Assembly: GCA_035552155.1 (NCBI GenBank)
Contig: DASZLX010000032.1
Span: forward strand, 44,903 to 108,902
Length of the DNA stretch: 64,000 nucleotides
Source of the DNA: Verrucomicrobiia bacterium
GTDB taxonomy: Bacteria > Verrucomicrobiota > Verrucomicrobiia > Limisphaerales > DASXHY01
Direction of reading: 5' to 3'
Part shown: piece after piece, positions 45,641 to 53,163 of the stretch
How the letters are laid out: every line of letters starts with the position of its first letter
Position numbering within the stretch: the first letter of the stretch is position 1
The notes under the pieces: model-generated
The model's input: only the letters and a program-made list of their open reading frames with translations
Database searches by the model: none
What the model was told of the DNA's origin: nothing
Translations under genes and position numbers: made by a program

Positions 45641-45706
45641 TCCTAACGAATCCCCCTCCCCTCATCCGCCTTGGCAACCGGCTCCGCAGGTTCTACCCTG
45701 CGCCCG

Positions 45707-46591
45707 ATGAAAGGCATCATCCTCGCTGGCGGCGCCGGCTCGCGATTGTATCCGCTCACCCTGGTGGCGAGCAAACAGTTGCAGCCGGTTTACGACAAGC
45801 CGATGGTTTATTATCCGCTGACGACCTTGATCGAGGGCGGCATCCGGGAGCTTTGCCTGATTTCCACGTCGCAGGATTTGCCGCGCTTTCAGCGATTGCT
45901 CGGAGATGGAGCGGCGTGGGGATTGCGCATCGAGTATCGCGAGCAGGCGAAACCAGCCGGCATCGCGCAGGCGTTTTTAATTGCCGAATCCTTCATTGGC
46001 CGCGAGGCCGTGACGCTCATCCTGGGAGATAATATTTTTTACGGCGGCGATAATTTCCAAAAGGCTTTTGCCGAATTCAAAAGCGGGGCGACGATTTTCG
46101 GTTATCATGTGAATGATCCGAGCCGTTACGGCGTGGTGGAATTCGACGCGAACGGCCACGCGGTTTCGATTGAAGAAAAACCGAAACAGCCGAAGAGCAA
46201 TTACGCCGTGCCGGGACTTTATTTGTACGACAACGAAGTGGTGGCGGTGGCGAAGGCGCTGAAACCCTCGGCGCGCGGAGAACTGGAAATCACCGACGTG
46301 AACCTGGAATATTTGCGGCGCGGCAAGTTGCGCGTGCACCGCTTGAGCCGCGGCTTTGCCTGGCTGGACGCGGGCACGAGCAACAGCTTGCACGATGCCT
46401 CGGCGTATGTGCAGACCATCGAGAAGCGGCAGGGCGTCAAGATCGGCTGCCCGGAAGAGGCGGCGTTTCGGAAGGGATTTCTTTCGCTGGCGGAACTCGA
46501 GGGATTGACCGCAAAAATCCCGGCCTGCGAATACGGAAATTACCTGGCAGAAGTCGTGGCGGAGACGAAGCGGCTGAAACCTATTGCATAG
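45707..46591 (+). CDS. rfbA: glucose-1-phosphate thymidylyltransferase
   Basis: MKGIILAGGAGSRLYPLT, VYDKPMVYYPL and the canonical RmlA layout. Internal ATG chosen. Confidence 0.95.
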   Translation: MKGIILAGGAGSRLYPLTLVASKQLQPVYDKPMVYYPLTTLIEGGIRELCLISTSQDLPRFQRLLGDGAAWGLRIEYREQAKPAGIAQAFLIAESFIGREAVTLILGDNIFYGGDNFQKAFAEFKSGATIFGYHVNDPSRYGVVEFDANGHAVSIEEKPKQPKSNYAVPGLYLYDNEVVAVAKALKPSARGELEITDVNLEYLRRGKLRVHRLSRGFAWLDAGTSNSLHDASAYVQTIEKRQGVKIGCPEEAAFRKGFLSLAELEGLTAKIPACEYGNYLAEVVAETKRLKPIA

Positions 46592-46595
46592 AATG

Positions 46596-46698
46596 TTTCG
46601 CGAAAGAAATTTCCAAAAAGGTGGCGACGCCCCTGCCGGGGCGTCGTGGCAAACCCGCAGGTTTGCCCCACCTTTTTTGGGAATTTCTTTCGAGAAAT
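46596..46698. repeat. 103-nt palindromic element predicted to fold as a three-way junction
   Basis: The outer arms, about 29 nt each, are tttcgcgaaagaaatttccaaaaaggtgg and ccaccttttttgggaatttctttcgagaaa. They enclose the hairpins cgacgcccc-tgcc-ggggcgtcg and ggcaaacc-cgca-ggtttgcc. Confidence 0.8.
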
Positions 46699-46714
46699 AC
46701 CATAGAAGGAAAAA

Positions 46715-47686
46715 ATGATCGTTGTTCTTGGCGCATCCGGTTACATCGGGGAGGCTTTTGTCCGCGAATTGCGAAGTCGCGGCGAGGCGTTCATCCCGCT
46801 TTCGCGGGCGGAATTGGATTACACGCGATTCGATGAATTGCTCCGCTTCCTGCGCGAGCGCAAGCCGGATTTTCTCGTCAATGCCGCGGGTTACACCGGC
46901 CGACCGAACGTGGACGCCTGCGAAATCGCCCGGGCCGATACGCTCGCGGGCTGCGTGCTCCTGCCGCAAGTCATCGCCCACGCCTGCGCGGCGGCCGATA
47001 TTCCGTGGGGCCATGTTTCCTCCGGCTGTCTTTATTCCGGCGCGAAAATTGTTGAGGGCGGAAAAGTGCGCGTCGAGAAGGACCTGACCCGGACGGAACT
47101 GCGGAAGCTGGTCGAAGAATCACCGGAATCCATTCGCGGTTTCGCCGAAAATGATCCGCCGAATTTTTCGTTCCGCGACCCGCCGTGCAGCTTTTACAGC
47201 GGGTCGAAGGCGCTGGCTGAAGAGGCGATTGCCGGCATCGGGCGGAATTACAGCTGGCGATTGCGAATTCCATTCGACGAATATGACAACGCGCGCAATT
47301 ACCTGAGCAAGGTGCAGCGCTACGCCAAAGTGTACGACAACGTGAATTCCATTTCGCACCGCGCGGATTTTGTGCGGGCCTGCCTGGACTTGTGGCAGCG
47401 CCGCGCGCCCTTCGGCATTTACAATGTGGTCAATCCGGGCTTCGTCACCACGCGGCACGTGGTGGAATTGGTGCAGAAAATTCTGCATTTGGACCGGCCG
47501 TTCGAATTCTGGGAGGGTGACGAGGAATTTTATCGGTCGGCCAAGGCGCCGCGTTCCAATTGCGTGCTGGATGCTTCGAAATTGCTGGCCACGGGCGTGC
47601 GCGTTCCCCCGGTGGAAGAAGCGCTGGAGGCGGCGTTGCGCCAGTGGAAACCGGAAACAAAAACTCTCGCCCCTCTCCCCGCATGA
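46715..47686 (+). CDS. SDR-family sugar-nucleotide reductase/epimerase (RfbD-like)
   Basis: MIVVLGASGYIGEAF Rossmann motif, NAAGYTGRPNVDACE, and YSGSKALAE (YxxxK). Confidence 0.75.
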   Translation: MIVVLGASGYIGEAFVRELRSRGEAFIPLSRAELDYTRFDELLRFLRERKPDFLVNAAGYTGRPNVDACEIARADTLAGCVLLPQVIAHACAAADIPWGHVSSGCLYSGAKIVEGGKVRVEKDLTRTELRKLVEESPESIRGFAENDPPNFSFRDPPCSFYSGSKALAEEAIAGIGRNYSWRLRIPFDEYDNARNYLSKVQRYAKVYDNVNSISHRADFVRACLDLWQRRAPFGIYNVVNPGFVTTRHVVELVQKILHLDRPFEFWEGDEEFYRSAKAPRSNCVLDASKLLATGVRVPPVEEALEAALRQWKPETKTLAPLPA

Positions 47687-48705
47687 ACTTGCTGGTCACC
47701 GGCGGCGCCGGGTTCATCGGTTCCAATGTCATTCATCACGCGATCGAGCGGCCGGAGATCAATCGCCTGGTGAATCTGGATTGCCTCACGTACGCGGGGC
47801 ACCTCGTCAACCTGGAAAAAGTTTCGCGGCATCCCAAATATATTTTTGAAAAAGTGGATTTGCGGGACAAAACCGCCGTGCTGGCCGTGATGCAAAAACA
47901 CGCCGTGACCCACGTGCTGCATCTCGCCGCGGAATCGCACGTGGACCGTTCCATCACCGGCCCGGGCGATTTCGTCCAGACGAACGTCGTCGGCACGTTC
48001 AACCTGCTCGAGGCATGCCGCGCGGTTTGGGACCAGGCAAAAGACGGAGGGCAGAAGGTGGAACACAAATTTCATCACGTTTCCACGGATGAAGTTTACG
48101 GCTCGCTCGGCGCGACGGGTTTATTTTCCGAGACGTCTCCCTACGCGCCCAATTCGCCGTACGCGGCGAGCAAGGCCTCGAGCGATTTTCTCGTGCGCGC
48201 GTATCATCACACCTACGGGCTGCCGGCGGTCATTACAAATTGCTCGAATAATTACGGGCCGTATCAATTTCCGGAAAAGCTCATTCCGGTCGTGATTCAA
48301 AGTGTGCTCGCGCGAAAAAAGGTGCCGGTATACGGCGACGGGTTGAACGTGCGCGACTGGCTTTACGTCCGCGACCACGCGGAGGCGTTGTGGACCGTTC
48401 TGCGGCGGGGTAAAGCAGGACAGACCTATAATATTGGGGGACACAACGAGTGGGCGAACATCCGGATCGTGGAATTGATTTGCGATTTGATCGACGAACT
48501 GCAACCGCAACTGGGCGGCAATTCCCGCGCGCTGATTTCATTCGTCAAGGACCGGCCCGGGCATGACCGCCGTTACGCCGTGGATGCGACGAAGATTCAA
48601 AATGAACTTGGCTGGAAACCCGCCCACCAGTTCGAGCAGGGAATTCGTGAAACCGTCCGCTGGTACCTGGATAACCAGGATTGGGTGAAGACCGTCCTTT
48701 CTTAA
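47683..48705 (+). CDS. rfbB: dTDP-glucose 4,6-dehydratase
   Basis: MNLLVTGGAGFIGSN, STDEVYG, YAASKASSD, and the RmlB C-terminal block DRPGHDRRYA. ATGA-coupled to the upstream gene. Confidence 0.95.
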   Translation: MNLLVTGGAGFIGSNVIHHAIERPEINRLVNLDCLTYAGHLVNLEKVSRHPKYIFEKVDLRDKTAVLAVMQKHAVTHVLHLAAESHVDRSITGPGDFVQTNVVGTFNLLEACRAVWDQAKDGGQKVEHKFHHVSTDEVYGSLGATGLFSETSPYAPNSPYAASKASSDFLVRAYHHTYGLPAVITNCSNNYGPYQFPEKLIPVVIQSVLARKKVPVYGDGLNVRDWLYVRDHAEALWTVLRRGKAGQTYNIGGHNEWANIRIVELICDLIDELQPQLGGNSRALISFVKDRPGHDRRYAVDATKIQNELGWKPAHQFEQGIRETVRWYLDNQDWVKTVLS

Positions 48706-48772
48706 TCTCTCTCCGTGGGAAGTGCGGTTGCCGAAGGGGAAGGAGGCGATTTTTATTTGGAATTGTGAAAGT

Positions 48773-49003
48773 TTATTTGATTCCGCGCACGAGATCGGCC
48801 AATTCCACATTTAACGCCTTTGCGATTCTTACCAAAGCATCCACCGAGATATTTACAGAACCACGCTCAACGTCACTGATATAGGTGGGAACGAGTTCGG
48901 CTTTTTCGGCAAGTTTCTCTTGGGTGAGACGACTCAATTTACGATATAGACGAACTTGCTCTCCGAGGATTTTTCTGTGACGCGAACGATATGACACGCG
49001 CAA
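48773..49003 (-). CDS. XRE-family helix-turn-helix regulator
   Basis: LRKLSRLTQEKLAEKAELVPTYISDVERG is a typical HTH_XRE sequence. Confidence 0.8.
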   Translation of the reverse strand: MRVSYRSRHRKILGEQVRLYRKLSRLTQEKLAEKAELVPTYISDVERGSVNISVDALVRIAKALNVELADLVRGIK

Positions 49004-49138
49004 GACCCAAACAGGATTCCCGGAAACCCTCCATAAGACATATCAGAACTTTACGCTTGTAATCCCCTGGCACGAGTGTATAACCACCTCAACTGAATCG
49101 CGGCGATCTCCCCGGGGATTCAGGAAAATGGGAATCTT

Positions 49139-51325
49139 ATGACGAAAACCACTTGGAACTACTTGGCTTCAACAGCACTTTTTTTGTCGGCCTGCTGCAC
49201 GCTTCACGCACAGACCTACTTTTTGCAGTCATTAGGAGGACAAGGGTCTGTTCCTTATCCGATGGACCCTTATCACGGAACCGTGACCATGACGGAGATC
49301 GCCGATGATATATTCGTGCTGGATGATGGCGACTCGGGCGCGTTTGGCAGCCTGATGACCATGTCCGAGGACGACGATCTGCCTCCCGGTCCCACTGGAG
49401 GAAGCGGAAGTCCGGGGACAAACTCACCCCCGCCTGCGCCACCGGACATCCGCAACTACGCGAAGTACAGCCAGCAGATTTTTTCATTGTTGGATACGAA
49501 CAGTGTGTTGAACGACGACAATAACACGAACCTCTATAATGCATGTGCAGCGATGCCGGTGGATACGAATACGATTCCGCTGCTTTTCATTCAGCCATAC
49601 GGTGCCAATGCGGTCATCATCCGCGCAGACAACTTTGATTATTCAGAAACCAACGCCGATTTCGCTCTTTTGATCTGTGACAAAGTTCAATCGCCAACGT
49701 GGAAGACCATTGATTTTTCGGGGGCCTCGGACACCCAGGACGGCTGGCTTGTCCAGGGCACGGTTCCGAACTGGAAAGTAACGAGTACGATGTTTATGCT
49801 CGTTACGAATTTGAACACACCGTACAATGCGTTCTTCCAGGCTGTTCCCTATAGCGGGCCGCAGGTTGCAATAATTGGAACCAATTCACCTTACGATGTG
49901 GTGAGCAATACGATTACGTTCACCACGCAGGTAGTGGATTTGAGTGGAACCACTAACGAACAGCTTGAAGTCAATATCGACGGGTATCCGTGTCGATATT
50001 CCTTCGGCAGCAGCAACACCTTCACCGTGGACACGACGTACAGTCCGTCAGGAACCTGCAACGTGTACTTGGAAGCTATGGGTACATCGAGCGTGAATGA
50101 CCCTGCCAATCCACCTCCGGTTGACACAGAGTTAGCTTTTCTGGGTCTAACTTCGATACCGCTGGATTTCGAGAATCCTACATATTTGCTTTTCCAGAGT
50201 GATTATGCCTCGCCGGATGTGGGGACCAACTACATCGAATTTGTGATCAGCAAGGCACAGGACTGCGCTGCTATCATTTCAGACCCGTTAGATGGCCATG
50301 TGATTTGGGCAGCCACGAATTATTTTTCAAGCCCTGGCCCCATTGCGATTCCGTGGAACTTCACAGAGGCAGATGGAGTGACGCCGTACACAAACGACAC
50401 ATACGCAGTGCAGATCATTGCATTTGATCCTCAATCGTTCTTCTTTACCAACCATATTGATTTTGCCCAAGTGAGGCATGGCGCGGGCACTTACCTGGCG
50501 TATGAGGAGGAGCCAGCTAACACGACGACAGGTATTTATCTGAATAGTGAGGCCGCAAACTGGACCGCGACAGAGCAGGAGCTTTTCAACGACATTTACC
50601 TGTATTTTGGTTTGACCGAATACACCACAGGCCAAGTCGGCGATAACCGCAATTACTCAGCGACAGGCTATCAATCAGCGATCACTCCAGGTTGGGACAC
50701 GTTCTTGAAGCCCGCGCTTCAGGCTACTTATGCGACGAATGCCTGCACCTATTCCGACCTCACCATTGCGCAGGCTCACGGCAGCGGTTCGACGATTGGT
50801 GGGGCCAATAGCGTTTCCACCAATGATTTCAACACACTTGATCTCGGACTTTGGGTGGCCGGGGCACCCCATCCGAATTGGAGGCTCCGCAAAGCTGCAC
50901 TTTGGGCCTGTTACAGTTCGAGCTACAAGGGCCGTGAGTCAATGACCACCCCCTATCCAGGATTTCCGACAGCGTGCGGCATTCGGGATAAAGGATTGCA
51001 GGAAATCTCATTCATGCGAAAGAATTGCGGACTATTCTTTAACGGCCTGCTTCCGCAAGGCGGTTTCGGCGGCAATACCTCCGTCGTAACAGCGCATGTC
51101 GCTGCATTTCTGGACCAGACGTGGGTGTGCGGTGCGAATCAGTATCCTGGCGGGTGCGACCCGACCTATTCGTTTCGCTTCGCGGTCAATGCCACGCGAG
51201 GCGTCTATAATCCGCAGATGGATTACGCTGGTCCGCTGCTTTTCGGGTTGGGACAGATGATTTATAGCAGCGTTTATGACGACGAACTGCTCATGCTCAA
51301 TTATTCAGATGTTAAATCGCCATAG
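49139..51325 (+). CDS. large secreted hypothetical protein
   Basis: Signal peptide (ALFLSACCTLHAQ). 728 aa, AT-richer. No family recognised. The C-terminal region has AQAHGSG ... LWACYSS (see findings). Confidence 0.7.
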   Translation: MTKTTWNYLASTALFLSACCTLHAQTYFLQSLGGQGSVPYPMDPYHGTVTMTEIADDIFVLDDGDSGAFGSLMTMSEDDDLPPGPTGGSGSPGTNSPPPAPPDIRNYAKYSQQIFSLLDTNSVLNDDNNTNLYNACAAMPVDTNTIPLLFIQPYGANAVIIRADNFDYSETNADFALLICDKVQSPTWKTIDFSGASDTQDGWLVQGTVPNWKVTSTMFMLVTNLNTPYNAFFQAVPYSGPQVAIIGTNSPYDVVSNTITFTTQVVDLSGTTNEQLEVNIDGYPCRYSFGSSNTFTVDTTYSPSGTCNVYLEAMGTSSVNDPANPPPVDTELAFLGLTSIPLDFENPTYLLFQSDYASPDVGTNYIEFVISKAQDCAAIISDPLDGHVIWAATNYFSSPGPIAIPWNFTEADGVTPYTNDTYAVQIIAFDPQSFFFTNHIDFAQVRHGAGTYLAYEEEPANTTTGIYLNSEAANWTATEQELFNDIYLYFGLTEYTTGQVGDNRNYSATGYQSAITPGWDTFLKPALQATYATNACTYSDLTIAQAHGSGSTIGGANSVSTNDFNTLDLGLWVAGAPHPNWRLRKAALWACYSSSYKGRESMTTPYPGFPTACGIRDKGLQEISFMRKNCGLFFNGLLPQGGFGGNTSVVTAHVAAFLDQTWVCGANQYPGGCDPTYSFRFAVNATRGVYNPQMDYAGPLLFGLGQMIYSSVYDDELLMLNYSDVKSP

Positions 51326-51328
51326 AAA

Positions 51329-52087
51329 ATGAAAAATTCTCGAGTCCTAGTCGTTATTTTCGGGATTGCGTTGTTCGTGCTAGTGGCATGGCTTGTGTGG
51401 GTTAAACCCTCGCACAAGCCGGTGCCTGTAGCCGAAGTCACTGTGCCTATTCAGTCCACTGTTGTTGCAACTAATCAAACCGCGCAGTCTCGAAAGACAC
51501 ATGAACCCCCCCGAAACCTTCTGAACACGAAACGCGCCAGCGAATTCACCGAGGACGAAAAGAAGGAATTGGCTGATATTTTCAAAACAAAACTCCGGCC
51601 TGCGGCGGAAAGGTGGTTTTTGGCGTACAGCAATCATGTGCCGTTCGCCCTGTCGGATTTGACTTTGGACAAGTTTGTCGAGCGGATCGGGAAGGATCCA
51701 TCATATCGGCTCTACACGTTCGTCCTGGGCGATGTTACTTTCACGATCCAGGAAACACAGGATAGTGCCAAAGTGAGTTATCTTATGAGTCGGAAGGCAG
51801 CGCAGGCAATGAATACTATACCAACCTCAGGAGCCGCCCCGAATCTCACACTGCCTGTCCAGCGTTCGGATGTCATCAGCATGGTACAGGCTGATTCCGG
51901 GGTGCGATTCAAGCCCAACGAGGTAATTATCCGTCCCACTGCAGCTGCATCTGCCCTAAATGGCGGGGCATTTGTCCATACTGTTCCGGCTGGCTCAAAC
52001 CCTCATAATGCTCTCAGCAGCAAGATAGATATGGTATTCAACGCGGACGGAAAGCTGGTGAACTACGACCGCGACCCGTTTTTCTAG
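51329..52087 (+). CDS. membrane-anchored hypothetical protein
   Basis: Starts 3 nt after the upstream stop. N-terminal TM VLVVIFGIALFVLVAWLVWV. Has a decayed paralog immediately downstream. Confidence 0.65.
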   Translation: MKNSRVLVVIFGIALFVLVAWLVWVKPSHKPVPVAEVTVPIQSTVVATNQTAQSRKTHEPPRNLLNTKRASEFTEDEKKELADIFKTKLRPAAERWFLAYSNHVPFALSDLTLDKFVERIGKDPSYRLYTFVLGDVTFTIQETQDSAKVSYLMSRKAAQAMNTIPTSGAAPNLTLPVQRSDVISMVQADSGVRFKPNEVIIRPTAAASALNGGAFVHTVPAGSNPHNALSSKIDMVFNADGKLVNYDRDPFF

Positions 52088-52101
52088 TTTGTGATACGGA
52101 A

Positions 52102-52905
52102 ATGAAGTGCAGCAAAAGCTTCATCGTAACAGTCATTGCGCTCCTCGTCGCAGCGGAATACGCAAGGTATCGCGTTCAGGATACTTACGACGTGCGTTAT
52201 ACTGGCACTCCAGACGCGCAAGGCGGCGTCGAACACGATGTTATCATGTGGCGGTTGAGAACGGGTAAACTGCCGACGAACAGCCCGGCTCCGGCTCCAC
52301 AGCCGGGTTCAACCAAAATCCGCACAGCCTCCTGTTCCGCAAGAAGGTGAATGAACTGAACGATGCGGAGAAGGCCGCAATGACAAACTTGTTTCTGACC
52401 AAAATCAAACCGCAGTTGAAAAATGGGCATCCGTTTATGGCGGCCATGTTCCATTCAACCTCGCGGATTTGACCATGGATAAGTTTCTCGAACGCATTGG
52501 GCACGATACCGGAGTGTATCACTCATACACGTTTGTTAGGGTGACATTACTCTAGGCGTCGCGCAACGGAGCGACGATACCCAAGTGCAATACTTGGCGA
52601 GCAAGAACGGGCTGCGAACCATGCGGACCATGCCAGCGACCGGGGCCGCACCGGACGTGACCATGCCGGTGACTGTCGCACAGGTCTTGGCCTTGGCAGA
52701 AGCGGACTCTGGCCAGCCGATTCCGCCAAACTTGGTCCGGCTGATACCCTCGGCTGAATCAGGTTCACTGGCAGGCGGGGCAATCGTGGATGTCGGCAGC
52801 GAGGTTAACAACGCTATGGGCATCCCGATCTCAAAAGCGAGCGCGGGCTTTAATTACGTGTTCGCCAAGGACGGGACACTGGCTTACTACCTTCGCGCGC
52901 ATTAG
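52102..52905 (+). pseudogene. frame-disrupted paralog of 51329-52087
   Basis: Paralog matches are spread over three frames. LNDAEKAAMTNLFLTKIKPQL, KWASVYGGHVPFNLADLTMDKFLERIGHD...YTFV and GDITLGVAQRSDDTQVQYLASKNG...GAAPDVTMPV...ADSG align to EDEKKELADIFKTKLRP, RWFLAYSNHVPFALSDLTLDKFVERIGKD...YTFV and GDVTFTIQETQDSAKVSYLMS...GAAPNLTLPV...ADSG. Confidence 0.65.
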
Positions 52906-53163
52906 CGCAGAACGGGCTCCCAGGTTGGCACGAGTTGGCACGGAGCCGTGAAAAAAGGCCCCCTTTTTGCTCTCTTTCAAGACAGGTTGTCTTAAAAACC
53001 GGGAGCAAGCGGTGAGCGCTAGGCGTGAATTTCCTCCCCGGCGGGAAAATTATTCCGCATTGCTTCGCCAATAATTACCGTTAAAACCCGGCCTCTCTTC
53101 AAACATTTTTCTCCCTTCGGCGCGGAATAAAAACTTTGGCAACGGTTATGCAAAAGGGGGTTC

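Noticed and set aside
52102-52350. Stand-alone 82-aa ORF
   Set aside because: It is treated as the N-terminal fragment of the frame-disrupted paralog at 52102-52905 rather than as an independent gene.
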